This document shows, piece after piece, positions 12,849-25,076 of a stretch of 34,472 nucleotides of DNA. Source of the DNA: Trypethelium eluteriae (lineage: Eukaryota). Made by a program: the position numbers and the translations under genes. Location: NCBI GenBank assembly GCA_051942245.1, contig JAVECL010000227.1:1-34472 (forward strand), read 5' to 3'. The notes under the pieces are model-generated. The model saw only the letters and a program-made list of their open reading frames with translations. It did no database searches and had not been told where the DNA came from. The stretch's first letter is position 1. Each line of letters opens with the position of its first letter.

Positions 12849-13664
12849 TCAACTCTTCAGTTCTAGCCTCTTCCACAAGCCCACATGCATGATCCCCTCC
12901 TCATCCCACTCCCCCATCTCTTCATCGATCTCAAATCCCATGCCTTCATACCACGCCTTCAACTCCTTCTGCGCGTGAACCAACACCAGACCCCTCCACT
13001 CCTGCTCTGCCTCCTCTCGTAACTCTGCCCTAGCCCCGTCCTCTCCCGTCCCACCTAGCTCCGCAGTGGAGCTCCCCAGCATCCCGACCCTCATCTTCTC
13101 CCTCTCCACCGCCTTCTCCCCCTCGCTCCTTCCCTGCCCTTCCAACCCCATCACCTCATTCGCATGGCCCGCCGCCCACTTCATCACCTCATCCATCAGC
13201 ATACGCCCGAGCTTCAATCCGCGATATGGCTTCAGCGTGCAGAGACGACCTATCTTGCAGAAAGGCTCTGACGGCACCGGGGCATTGATGTACGGATCTG
13301 GCGGATGCGGCGGAGGGACGAGGCGCACAGTGGCGACCGGGGTGCGGCGCGTGACGGAAGGGGAGACAGCGTCGGAGCTGGAGGTGGAGACTGAGGCGTA
13401 GGCGATCCAGTGGAAGGAGCGCGGGTCGTCGGAGTCGAACTCCGCGGAGAGGGGCACGGACTGCTCAGTGACGAAGACGGAGGTGCGGACGGTCATAGCG
13501 TCGAGGAAGAGCTGAGGGATCGTGCCTGTCGGGGTAGGAGAGCTAGGGGAATCAGGGGAGAGGGCAGGGCGGTTGGGTTGTTCTGAGGGTGGGAGGTCCG
13601 CGTTGTAGAGTGAGGAGAGGGACGGGCCCTGAGCGAGGAGGAAGGCGAAGAATGGCGCGGACAT
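12849..13664 (-). CDS. GNAT-family acetyltransferase (ElaA/YjcF-like), 271 aa, no intron
   Basis: VRTSVFVTEQSVP..EFDSDD; PVATVRLVP; motif A KIGRLCTLKPYRGLKLGRML; motif B VHAQ..WYEGMGF; WDEEGIMHVGLW. Confidence 0.88.
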   Translation of the reverse strand: MSAPFFAFLLAQGPSLSSLYNADLPPSEQPNRPALSPDSPSSPTPTGTIPQLFLDAMTVRTSVFVTEQSVPLSAEFDSDDPRSFHWIAYASVSTSSSDAVSPSVTRRTPVATVRLVPPPHPPDPYINAPVPSEPFCKIGRLCTLKPYRGLKLGRMLMDEVMKWAAGHANEVMGLEGQGRSEGEKAVEREKMRVGMLGSSTAELGGTGEDGARAELREEAEQEWRGLVLVHAQKELKAWYEGMGFEIDEEMGEWDEEGIMHVGLWKRLELKS

Positions 13665-15110
13665 TGTTAATGGAGGAGATGTAACAGGGGAGCATTTGGG
13701 ATAAGACGTGAGAGAAAGTAGCAGGCGCCAGAATGTTCGGATCCGGCGCCTCTGGCGACCAAAAACGCGAAAAGATCCAGTTCGGCAGCTCCCGATCTCC
13801 GCTGGCTGCTGGCGGTGCAGTCACCCAGTGTGGCGCTGACGGTGGGGAATCACGGGGTATCCAGATCCAGATACGCACCGCCACCGATGATCGCCGCATT
13901 CTTGCCACGGTGAGCACCGTGAGCTTCACCTTGCGACCTAGAACTCCACACTTGTGCACGGTCCATTACTATCATCTCCGTGGGAAGCCGCCCTTCAATA
14001 AAGTCTTCTCACTGAAGGATAGCTAAATATGCCTTGGTGGCGATTTTTTCATGCCGTTCGCCATTAGTGTCTACCTGAGTCATTCCTAGCTCTCAGAGCA
14101 ATTCCCCTACACTACCCTTACAGAATGTAGAACTCACTAGAACCATAAGGATACTGCGGAGCGACAGCAGGGTTTGCTGCAAAGTCTAGTTGACACGACA
14201 TTGCTGGTTTTGGGGAGGTCCGAGTGAGAGTCTTTGGGTTCGCTGCAGCGCAAGAGAGGTTCAGCAATAATCCAGGATTTCCGACGGGAGGAAAGATTCC
14301 GTCAATATCAGCCGGTGTGAACGTCAAAGTACCGAGCGCTGTTTGCACAATGGTCTCAGGCAGGAGATTTGGAAATGCATTAAAGTCTTTGGAAAACGTA
14401 AGCTTCTGGCAAATTATTGTCGTTTCTTTTCGTTGGGTCATCCCCAACAGAACTCGCGCTTTTAAGTCCTTGTCACTCTTTGCAAGTCTTCCTCATAGCA
14501 CATTCAGCGAAGAGTGATAGCAGACAGTTTTCAACATCTGTGCAGCGAACAGTTAGCAAACCAAATAGGGTTTAGGGGTTGGGGACCCTCAATCGAAGGC
14601 TCATAGGATACAGCACCGTTCTCAAGAATATCTTTAAAATATCCATGCAAACAGCTGTATCAGATATTAGATTAGAATCGCAAATAAAATGTTGAATTTT
14701 TTGCGCAGTATATCTTGGTGGGTAAGCCCTGATACCCAATGGAAACTGTGACAGAATTGGTGATAAAACTGCGAAGTGGTGTCTCAAGAGTACATTGTTG
14801 AGACATGCTCAAATTCTGAATATGCTTATTTCTATTCATGAAGGCTTACGGAGTACACATTCCAGGGTTACTAAAACGAGCCGAAAAGAAGAGAGTGAGC
14901 GATCATAGCATGACATTTGATTGTTCACTGGCACAATCGAAGAAATACTTGACATAAGAACAATGAGGTTAGCGGAACTTGAAAAAGCACCTAGGAGGAT
15001 GGAGCTCAGGCGCCATCCTCGATGCGTCTCGGGTATAGGAAACCTCTATCCCTGCAAATGAAGAAGGCCGCCAACGCCAGGAGACACAAGTCTGGCCCGC
15101 ATGAGATCCA

Positions 15111-16181
15111 TTATCGATGAAGATCCTTAGACTTCTTGCGGTCCAAACGCCTGTTTACTGAACCTAAGACCACTTTAAGTACGCCCTCACCAGTGAGCTC
15201 ACCACCGCTTTCTCCCTTGTAACAGGTTGTATCTACGACGTCTCGTAAATCCTCATCACCAGAAATTTCCGCCAAGTCGTCGTCAAGCTGTTTGAGATGC
15301 TTCGTCGCCTCAGCATCTCTGCCAACCTGGAAGAACTGAATCCCAACTTGCCACGCGGGCGCGTCCAGCTTGTCCAGCTTCTTTGCGGCGCTGATGATGG
15401 GGCTTTCGACGTCGTCGGAAGGTTCGCCGTCCGTGATGACGATGATGTTCAAGGGCTTAGTGGTGTTTGGATTGTTCTCATACTTCCGCAAATAATTCCT
15501 GAGAATCGTGTTCAACCTTTGGCCAGTCGGTGTGCTGCCACCAGGCCTAACTTGGGAGAAAATTTCGCGGACCGTAGCTGAACTGGTGACATTGTGATAG
15601 TACGCATTGTCTGGGTGATTGAGAAAGAAGATGTCGATGCCATCGGCGTCATGAGATGTGCAGATTGGGGTAATTGTCTCCAATGCGCGAGAGGTTTCGT
15701 TCCATCGTGAGCCGGCCATGCTTCCTGAGTCGTCTACAACGAGAGTAGTATCAAAAGACGTCAGGAAACTATAAGGGTCATCATCACCAGCTGGGGCGGG
15801 AGCTGCTGGTGAAGAGGTCGTGGCAGCAGCATAGGATGGTGGAGCTTCTGTCGTCGAAGGCGTAACAAAGGCGCTGTGGCGATCTGAAGAGGATGTTAGT
15901 TCAAGGGATTTGGAACTGCTGCAAAGGCGAGACTTACCCGGACGACGAGTAGGTGGAGCACTCGGGCGCTCTGGATGAGTATTCATCTCCTGCGATCTTT
16001 GAAATCCTTCTGATCTGAAGCTGTTGACTGAGGATGTCGATGGACCTTCCTTGCGGCTGAATTTACCCTTCAAGCTTCCAAGTATACCCTTTCTTCGCTC
16101 CATCGTACTTGAACGACGAGCGACATGGAAAGGTGTATGGGAATGGAAGCTGGAAGACGGGGAGAGAATGGTGACCGACAT
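15111..16181 (-). CDS. von Willebrand factor A (vWA) domain protein; join(15111..15883,15938..16181), ~338 aa (start may be the Met at ~16103)
   Basis: MIDAS residues DDSGSM, GGSTPT and IVITDG, plus VGIQFFQVG. Intron 15884..15937 (GTAAGT..ACTAAC..CAG). N-terminal PPSY motif. Confidence 0.85.
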   Translation of the reverse strand: MSVTILSPSSSFHSHTPFHVARRSSTMERRKGILGSLKGKFSRKEGPSTSSVNSFRSEGFQRSQEMNTHPERPSAPPTRRPGKSRLCSSSKSLELTSSSDRHSAFVTPSTTEAPPSYAAATTSSPAAPAPAGDDDPYSFLTSFDTTLVVDDSGSMAGSRWNETSRALETITPICTSHDADGIDIFFLNHPDNAYYHNVTSSATVREIFSQVRPGGSTPTGQRLNTILRNYLRKYENNPNTTKPLNIIVITDGEPSDDVESPIISAAKKLDKLDAPAWQVGIQFFQVGRDAEATKHLKQLDDDLAEISGDEDLRDVVDTTCYKGESGGELTGEGVLKVVLGSVNRRLDRKKSKDLHR

Positions 16182-16870
16182 GTTTGGTTGTGATTGCCTA
16201 AGGTAGCAAACAGTGATATTGAAAGAACAATGGTTGTTGTGGGGCTATCTGTAGCGTGATCTATCAAAGCAAGGAAACTTCAGAGCGAGCTTGGAGCATA
16301 TTTGTATTCACTGTCAGCATTGTTTTGACACCGTACACAGTAGTCATTTAAAACTGCGGTTCATCAAATTCTGCCTTGATTAACGGCTCGACTGACACGG
16401 TGTGCGGGTTTTGCGATGCATACGGCAATTCATTGTTCCACTTTGCCAGACTAACCGGTCTCAAAGGAAGGAGCGTTTGATCCATAGACTCAGATAAAGT
16501 CACATTTAGCGAGGCGGTGCTGTCTAGGCTGTGGTTAAGCATAATTGCTAGACACGGTGTCTCCAAAGAATTGAGTGCGCAGCACCGCCCGCCCGCTCAG
16601 CCTCCTTTCATGCCGCCCCACGCCCCCGCTACACCAGCCAACAGAACCCTATCGCACCCAGCGTCTATGGCGCCATCAATAAGCCGGAATTTTGACCGCG
16701 GCGTCTGTCAGGCGGCTATTGAGAAAGCCTTGGCATGTGGATCAAACACTGCCCGGGGCGGCTTGCTCTCGGGGTAAGACAGGCCAGATGGAGCTTCATG
16801 CTCCGGCGGAATCTAAGAAAGTGAGAAACTAATTATCTAAGACGAGGCACACTCGCTGAACAAGCCCGGA

Positions 16871-18218
16871 CTATCTAACAAGTTTCATCCCTGAAGACAT
16901 ATGGTCACGATGCAGGTCTTCAGCGAAGTCATAGCGAGCAGTCCAGTCTCGCGATACAGCCGTGAACATGTCAGACATTACCGTATGTTTAGCCACACAG
17001 GGCCCTTTACGTCCTGACACTCTCAGGCTTTCATGTTCTGTCCTGCGCCATACTGGTAATCTCTTGGTTTTACTCCAGGCATAATCGTCTCTACGATGTT
17101 CCCAGCAATTCGCGCATATTGCAAGGTCAGTCAGAGCTTGTTCGATCCAGTCGAGAATCGGTGTGAGTCGTGCTCGAAGTCCACAATGGCTGTGGTGCGA
17201 GTTTATCTGATACGAAGGACATTGCCGGAGCGTGCTCACGAGCTGATGAATATCTCCCGTATAGATTTGCGGAGCCGTATCCACATCGTAGATGGTACTT
17301 TGCACGCGCATAAGGTTGATACGAGAGAAGAAACGCATCATCTCGCCCAGCTGAAAAGCGTCGCATTGGGGTGAAGAATCGTAGCCAAGTTTGCATTGAA
17401 GCTCCCGTGAAGTATAAAGCTTTACAAAATGAGTCTGAAGAGAACTCAAGGTATCGAGGGTACATTCTCGACGATACTGGAGTTCTTCTGCGTTTGAAGT
17501 GAGAAAATGAACCGTGACTCAGTGCTCTAGTCCTACCTTCAAGACCTCTCGGTAGATTCCACCAACATGCCGAGTTTATGAAATCGCTGTCCATTTTCCA
17601 GCTCTCAGAGCCTCGAGTTATGATACGGTGACTGGGAGGCGCGACCCAGGCCTCATGATTCAAAAGAATCCCCACGTACAACTTTTGTCGTAGCCTCTCT
17701 TCGGAAAGTTTCTGCTCTGGTGTATCCTTTCCTCGGAGTAGCTTGCGCTTTCTTACATACTCGGAGAAGTAGGGAAGTGCATCAAAGCGATCAGCAACGA
17801 CCACGAGATTTGCCATGTTCGGTATCGAGACCTTGCTCTCTATGCCTGCCCCATGTAGCGCACGAAGAAAGTCTGCCATCAATGGCTGTACGCTCTTGGA
17901 GATCGCAACTCTGCCAACATCCTCAATATTTACAGACGGCAATTCCGATATAGGAGCCTCTATCATGTTTTTGTACTGTTTTCGTAGACGTTCCAGTCCT
18001 TCTGAAATTCTCTGCGCTTCTACGAATTGCCCCGAAAGCAGTCGATCGAAGAACCGAGAGGTCCGCCGTAGGCATGTTGTGTCGACCCGATATGAGAATG
18101 TCTGTGTATTCCTATTGGCCAGGTCATGACAGATATTGAGTCGGATATCGCCTGAGTCTACAATGACTGTAGTAAACTCTTTACCGTCTCTTGCCTCCGA
18201 CGTTGTAGTGCCCTCCAT
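16871..18218 (-). CDS. Fungal BTB/POZ-like domain protein; join(16871..17487,17537..18218), 432 aa
   Basis: VIVDSGDIRL..YRVD..LRRTSRFFDRLL..F.E and ANLVVVADRFD are BTB-like. Intron 17488..17536 restores WWNLPRGLEEELQYRR. Cys/His-rich C-terminus (CKLGYDSSPQCD, CPSYQI..HSHCG, CANC). Confidence 0.75.
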
Positions 18219-18823
18219 GGCCAGACCGAGATTTCTTGCCACCTTAATACGGACTCGCCGCAGGGCTATGCTTTAAATTTATCGCACAAGGCGATCATGC
18301 GCCAATATGATTTCGCTCACGGATAGGGCCAAGCCATGATGGAGAGAAGAAGACGGCGGAGAGAGTGATGTCCCGTTGTGGAAGTGCGCTTGTAAAATTT
18401 AGTTGCCTACTGGTTATGATGATGCTTGCCACCCTTGCCCAGGTAAAATACTGCCATATATGACCGCTTTGGAGACAGCCAATCACAAAAGACGCTTATT
18501 CATTATGTGCAAAAAGATGCTTTATTACGGAGTACCTACATATATGACTCCGTCTCTCTTATCTTATCCCTCTCATTGTGTAGTAACTGGCTATCGAATC
18601 ATACGAGACCTCCTCATCAATGAGCGACATGCGTTCCAGATAACGGCACGATTTTAAGAAGACAGATGACAGTGTCGGCGCTCGAGTCTGATCTCGCTCG
18701 GTACCGCAGTCATCCCTGCACCAACTACAAAAGAGTGACGGGACAGAGCCGTTTGATTCTCCTCGAGACGACTGCGAGCTCAAGCTTTGTTTCTCATAGC
18801 AATCACCTTCGTACCGCATGCCC

Positions 18824-20135
18824 TTAGACGTCGACTTCTTGAACGTTGGTCGATGGTCGGACTTCGTTCACTGATTTCCCGAACCCTTCACGGGCACCAG
18901 CTTTGTCGGTGCTACTACTCGATTCACTGTCAGCACCTTCAGCGACTGCATTCTTCTTCGATGCCATTAGTGGCCAGTGCCCCTTTCTTTCGTGGAATCG
19001 CATCGCAACGAAGGCGAAAATGACCACAATCCAGTACAGGTTGTACGACAGAACCGATCCGTACGTGGCGGAGTTTTGCCAGCCAAGAATGGCATTAAAA
19101 ATGCCCCAGCCACCACCACCGTTCATCTCCGGATTGCAGCACTGCAAGATTGGTCAGTCTGGGCAGCATTCTTTGTGGACTGTCTTGCGTACGTTAACAT
19201 GCCACACGCTTTGTCGGATGTCATAAGAACCGGGACCAGATCCGACTTCTGAAGCATCCCCACCTACGACCTTGTTCCATGCGTTGGTTTCAAAATACCA
19301 CACACCTCTTGAGAGAAGACCTGCGGCGACCAGGTAGAGGAAACATGTGGAGACGATCAAGAAGATTTGCAGTGGCGCCACGGCTTGTCCCCTAGTGCTT
19401 TCATCAGAATGCGAAGATCAAAATTATGGGTGGTACTGACTTGTAGATCAAATATCCAACGATACAGCCAGCTGCAAGTCCAGTGACAACAGCCAGAGGA
19501 AATGCCGTTGCAGGCATACCAAGGCCGACACCACCGATGAAGACGACCGCTTCCAGTCCTTCTCTCAACGTGGTGACGAAGGGTAAGAGGAACATGGCAT
19601 ACTTTTCCGCCCATTGCTTCAACCTACCAGTTGCGCTCCCGTGATGGGTATTTCTTGCTTCAAGGGCCTTCGCTAGTCGTACCCGCCATTTGTCCTGAAG
19701 TTTCGAAACCCGCAACAAAGCTGCACCCATGACCGAGATGATCACCGCTGCAAGAAGGGCAAAGACACCTTCCCAAATGTCCTCAGTGTTCGCGAAGTGA
19801 TCCGCACCAAGACCGTAGAAGACACCAATGAAGGCTCCGCCAATGATGAGGCAGATCAAAAGTCCAAGTCCTATGCCACACCAAACCTACGGGGAGGTTT
19901 AGCTACGATTGCTGCAAATTTGGAAGAGTATGTACCTGTCTGACAAGCCTTTTGTACGTCTGAGCATCTTGATCCGGCCCAATCGTCTGCTTCAGGAAAG
20001 CGAGCAATACCGAGACGACGATACTAGTCTCAAGACATTCTCGGAAACAGATGAAGAAGACTGAAAATCAGCTGCTTGACACTTTCTGCAAAAAAAAGGT
20101 ACGATCATACCTGGAACCGCAAAAACGTTTACCAT
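18824..20135 (-). CDS. FTR1: High-affinity iron permease; join(18824..19141,19193..19391,19441..19886,19936..20060,20111..20135), 370 aa
   Basis: [19 protein letters not shown] and [10 protein letters not shown] (two RExLE motifs); [27 protein letters not shown]; four canonical introns. Confidence 0.96.
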
Positions 20136-20209
20136 GATGACTGGATTCCTCAGAGGAGGGCCGTATTGAGATTTGGTGTAATCAGGCTGGCCTCAGTGGA
20201 ATCGAGAAG

Positions 20210-20218
20210 ATCTGATAA
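20210..20218 (+). promoter_or_regulatory. SreA/Sre1-type iron-responsive GATA site
   Basis: Exact ATCTGATAA (consensus ATCWGATAA) 75 bp upstream of FTR1; a further GATAA lies at 20233-20237. Confidence 0.75.
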
Positions 20219-20664
20219 CTTGGAGGGAGATTGATAACCTTATTGCAACTTCGTCGGGGCACTAAACCAATGCGGTGAGTGGCCGACTACTCAGCAAAAC
20301 CTTGGGACCAATGAAAATTCGAAGACTCGTCGTTGCGGTCTCGGCGGACCGATGTCGGGAGCAAGGTCAAGGTTAATAATAATTCCGTTTGGTAAAGTAC
20401 TAGGTAGAATTTTTCGAGATGGGACGCAGAAGGTAGGCGGATCTTTCGTTTGTCACGGATTTCCTTGTGCCTTGTGCCTTGATCACCTCATTCAATTTTT
20501 TTTTCGCGGCTATTTCAAGCGGATTGCCCTTTTGTCGCTAACCGCGGTCGATTGCCGTGCCATTTCATATCATACGATTTTCTTCTTCCCCACGGTTTTG
20601 CGTGTTTTGTCGGTAGCTCTGTCCACTCACGGCACTAGTGCCGCCCGTGGAGCTGCACCTGACC

Positions 20665-20673
20665 TTATCAGAT
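20665..20673 (-). promoter_or_regulatory. SreA/Sre1-type iron-responsive GATA site
   Basis: TTATCAGAT (reverse complement of ATCTGATAA) in the middle of the FTR1-FET3 intergenic region; weaker GATAA variants occur near 21013 and 21065. Confidence 0.75.
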
Positions 20674-21145
20674 CCTAGATTACCTCCATCAATTGATCAA
20701 TCATCCACACCATCTACTCCCTCGTCGCAGCTCGGCTTACCAGGTCATACTTGTGAATCCTACGAATGAGGCAAAGCTGTCAATCGACGTCCGCGGACCT
20801 TTCTAGCCCAACCCTCTTCGCTTATTTTGCCCCGCCTTAATCAAGCATCGATTCTCGACTGCGACCAAAAGCCCCCATTTTTCAACCCTGACCAAGGATT
20901 GCAATCTTGGCATTGGTCTACCCCGGTCCATCACCCCACGCTGGTAGCGAAAAGCAAGTACATGAGACTGTTCGGCTAATCTGATCGTCCTGCCACAGCT
21001 GAAAGATCAATCTTATCAATCGTATCAAGCTCCAGTCCATCCCTTCCATCTGAGTCTGAGGTCCGATAAACGTGAAGCCCAATTTGATCGGTCTCAGCAG
21101 CACGTCTGGCAGCCTTCGACTTGAATCAATTCAAACGAAATAGCT

Positions 21146-23209
21146 ATGGCGCTCTCGTTATCCAACTTCCTCTATGCAGGCGTGCTTCTGCTCCCCTTTG
21201 GATTGATAGCACAGGCAGCAACTGTCAATTATGATTGGAACATAACCTGGGTAACTGCTAATCCCGATGGCGTCTTTGCTCGACCTACAATTGGCATTAA
21301 CGGACAATGGCCTCTCCCATTGCTGAATATTACCAAAGGTGATCAGGTTGTTGTCAATGTCAATAATCAACTCGGAAACCAGAGCACAAGCATACATTTT
21401 CATGGTATCTTCCAAAACGGGACCACTGAAATGGACGGTCCTGTTGGCGTCAGTCAATGCTCGATTCCTCCAGGATCATCTTTTACCTACAATTTTACCG
21501 TATGCTTGTCAAAGTTTCTGAGCCAGATGCGGCTTACTGATAATACCGCAGATTAATCAGCCAGGCACGTACTGGTATCACTCGCACAACGCCGGCCAGT
21601 ACCCTGATGGACTTCGAGGTCCACTGGTTGTGCAGGATCCCGACAATCCTTACAATGGACAGTATGACGAAGAGGTTGTTGTCACCATGTCTGATTGGTA
21701 CCACGATCAGATGCCAGGTCTCATTGCGTCGTTCATCAGCGTCACCAATCCTACTGGAGCCGAGCCTGTACCCGATGGAGCGCTGTTCAACGACACTCAG
21801 AACCTTACTGTGGCTGTTCAACCTGGCAAGACCTACCTCTTTCACTTCATCAACGTTGCTGCCTTTGCTGCTCAGTATCTATGGTTCGAAGACCATATAA
21901 TGAGAATTGTTGAAGTCGATGGGGTGTACACAGAACCGGCCGACGCACAGATGGTCTATATCGCTGCAGCGCAACGAATGAGTATGCTGATCACGATGAA
22001 GAACGATACTGGCTCGAACTTCGCTTTTGTTGGTAGCATGGACCAGGTCAGTAAAGCCTTCAGCACTCAGTGACGTAGGCTCATATCCAGCTAATCTCCG
22101 TTTAGGATTTGTTCGACACTGTTCCCCCAACGCTGAATCCCAATGTAACCGGCTGGCTCGTATACAATGAGCAAGCCGAGAATCCCACGCCAGCTTTGCT
22201 TGATGATTTTACGCCTTTTGATGACTTCACGCTTGTACCGCAAGACGGGCTACCGCTGTACGATAATGTCGATTACTCGATTACTTTGCACTTGGAAATG
22301 AATAATCTTGGCGATGGCGCCAATTAGTGGGTTTCCCCAAGCCTTAGATCTCCCTGGCGTTGCTAACGATTCATATTAGCGCTTTCATGAATGATATTAC
22401 CTACGTCTCTCCAAAAGTTCCGACCCTCTATTCCGCTCTTAGCACTTCTGAACTCGCAACGAACCCGACCGTATATGGTTCAAATACCAACTCATTCGTC
22501 CTAAACCATCTTGACGTAATTGAGATCGTCTTGAACAATGATGATCCGGGCAAGCATCCGTTCCATCTCCACGGGCACAATTTCCAAGCTGTCTGGCGGT
22601 CGGATGATGATGCTGGCTTTTATGACCCTACAGCGTCCAATGTCACATTCCCTGCCAAACCGATGAGGCGAGACACGTTTGTCGTCCACCCGAATGGCAA
22701 TATCGTGATCCGATTCCGAGCCGACAATCCAGGTGTCTGGCTATATCACTGTCACATCGAATGGCATGTAGACTCTGGGTTGATGGCCACCATGGTAGAA
22801 GCACCGCTGGTGCTACAAGAGACACTAAAGATTCCAGATAACCATTATCAGGTCTGCAGAGACCAAAACGCTTTGACGCAAGGCAACGCAGCTGGCAACA
22901 CCGTCGATTTGCTCGATCTGAAGGGCCAGAATCTTCCGCCTGCTCCACTTCCAGATGGTTTCACGGCACGTGGCATCGTGGCACTGACCTTTAGTGTTAT
23001 TAGTGCTTTGCTAGGCATTGCGGCTATCGCTTGGTATGTGTTCGACTGACTGTGGCTTGCCTTCCCCCCCACACAATACATATTCGCCTATTGACAATCC
23101 CTGCTAACGCCTGATTGTCTATAGGTATGGTGCGGCTCCTCTTGGGTCTTCGGAGATGGCGGCCGTGCAAAGACGTGTCGCGGAAGCTGAGAGCAGTGAG
23201 AAAGAATGA
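21146..23209 (+). CDS. FET3: Iron-transport multicopper ferroxidase; join(21146..21499,21552..22046,22106..22326,22380..23033,23125..23209), 602 aa
   Basis: Signal peptide; copper motifs [18 protein letters not shown] and HCHIEWHxxx[11 protein letters not shown] ferroxidase motif; C-terminal TM ([15 protein letters not shown]); divergent from FTR1. Confidence 0.96.
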
Positions 23210-24028
23210 TCAGTTCCTATTTGCGCAAGATGTTTCTGGTAATTATAATTGACCTAAGTGTGATTAAATACAGAGAAAATCACGTGAGATTGTGATTCAC
23301 TCCTCCATCACCTTTCAATGTTTGCCTTTGCATATTAATCTGGTGAATTATTTTAATGTGTGTTAAAGTCTAGTCTCCAAATAAATGACAGACAGCGCCC
23401 TCGATCTTTGGAATTTTGCTCTTCCTCCCTAATATTCACACGATAGCAGCTCCGAACAAAGATACCACTGCACCACTACAGTCTATCATACACCCTCCAA
23501 CATCCAGACCAATCAATTTCCTCGTAAGCACCTTACAAGGCTCGCTCTGAAATTTTTCACAATAGCTTCGTGGGGTTAGCTCCAAAGCCATAACACAGGC
23601 GCAAGTCAAATATGCCGTTTCCCTTCGAATCCAAGGCTTTGGCCTTTTTTGCCTTCCTTATACTGGCCAGTCCTACATGGCCTGGCTCCGGTGCGTTAAT
23701 CCACGATCCTACTCTTGAGTACACATGCCACAATTCTCCTGACCACATGGTCAAGCGTGCGCAATCTAAATGATCAATGCCTTGGGATGATGATATCTTT
23801 TCTATGGTCATCAATATCCAAGCTAGTAGCTCCATGAGCGTACTCCTGAACGTACATGCCTTCGAGCTCAAAATCTTTCAGGACCTACGGCACTTTGTCC
23901 GCAAGACAATTATGTCCACCTTGGTCCCATAGCTTCCGACCTGACCATTGGGGCGTATCATAATGAGGTAAGCTCCGATCCTTCAAAACTCTTGGGAAAT
24001 CCTTCAACTCGCTTAACGCTCATTCCAG

Positions 24029-24463
24029 TCAAATCTCATATTCTCCGTCGATATCGCGCTCCGGACCATAAGGACGACCGGCTCTGCGACATCAGGGATC
24101 TTCTTGGCAACCAACGGAGAGCCTACAGATACGGGACCCCATCATCAAAGTAGTCAGCCTGATGCTGGGCGAGGACAGGCCAACGGAATCCACCATCCAG
24201 TGGGAGAAACCCGGGCTCAGAGCCAAGGGCAGGCTGCTCCTGACCCAGCTCGTGGTGAAGACGCCGCGCAGCCTATCACAAACGGTCCGGTGAGGAATGG
24301 TGGAGACGGTAATCCGCCGAATGGGAATAGGGGCCCTCCACAGGATCAAAACGAAGGGCGCTGGAACTGCTGCCAGTGTTCCCACAATAATCCGGACAAC
24401 ACGGCTCAATGCGAACATTGCGGCCATAACACGACGAACTGTAACGACTGCTTCGCTTTTTGA
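24029..24463 (+). CDS. Small low-complexity protein with C-terminal RanBP2-like/double zinc ribbon; 5' end unresolved
   Basis: WNCCQCSHNNPDNTAQCEHCGHNTTNCNDC at 24362-24451. The frame is open from the acceptor at 24028 (candidate intron 23968..24028, GTAAGC..CAG), but I could not assign an in-frame ATG. Confidence 0.55.
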   Translation, partial: SNLIFSVDIALRTIRTTGSATSGIFLATNGEPTDTGPHHQSSQPDAGRGQANGIHHPVGETRAQSQGQAAPDPARGEDAAQPITNGPVRNGGDGNPPNGNRGPPQDQNEGRWNCCQCSHNNPDNTAQCEHCGHNTTNCNDCFAF

Positions 24464-25076
24464 GAAAGTCCAGGGCTCGCCGTGGGATAGGAGTTCTTTA
24501 CTTCTTCACATAGCCTAAGACAGTTCATCAATGAGGCTAGCTCTGTACACATATGACTCTCTCTTAACCTGCTTCAATACTCTTAAATCTTGATAGTGAT
24601 ACGGGACGTTATGTTGGTCTTGATCGTCTCTGCTGATATCGATCCGCTCACATGTTTGCTTGGAGCCAACCTCGTGATCGTCCGAAAAGGTGAGGCGAGG
24701 TTTGTGTCTCCGACCGCCAGGAGTAATGGCTAAGACAGGCCGGTGACGCAATTTCACGTGACTCTCTGCGATGGATGTGCTTGCTACCCGTGCTACCTTA
24801 TGACGACGAGCCCCACTGTACTAATCGGCCCGTACCGCCAGCTACGGGGTATTCCTGTTCTCGACCAGTGTGAACCATCGATTATGCTTGTAACCGCTAC
24901 GCTATGCTGTCCAACGTACGTTCTCCAACCACGTTGCGCGTCTGATCGCAACCCCTTTCCACTCACCTCAATCATCGTCATCCCCACTTTTTCGGGCGTT
25001 AGGCAACGACCTACGTGTCGATCGAGATAGTCTTGAGCAGGAATATGAAGCATTGAAGCCCCTCCACTGGACGCCA

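Noticed and set aside
14566..14585. GGGTTTAGGGGTTGGGG telomere-like or G-quadruplex-like stretch
   Set aside because: Only one or two imperfect units; not an interstitial telomere array.
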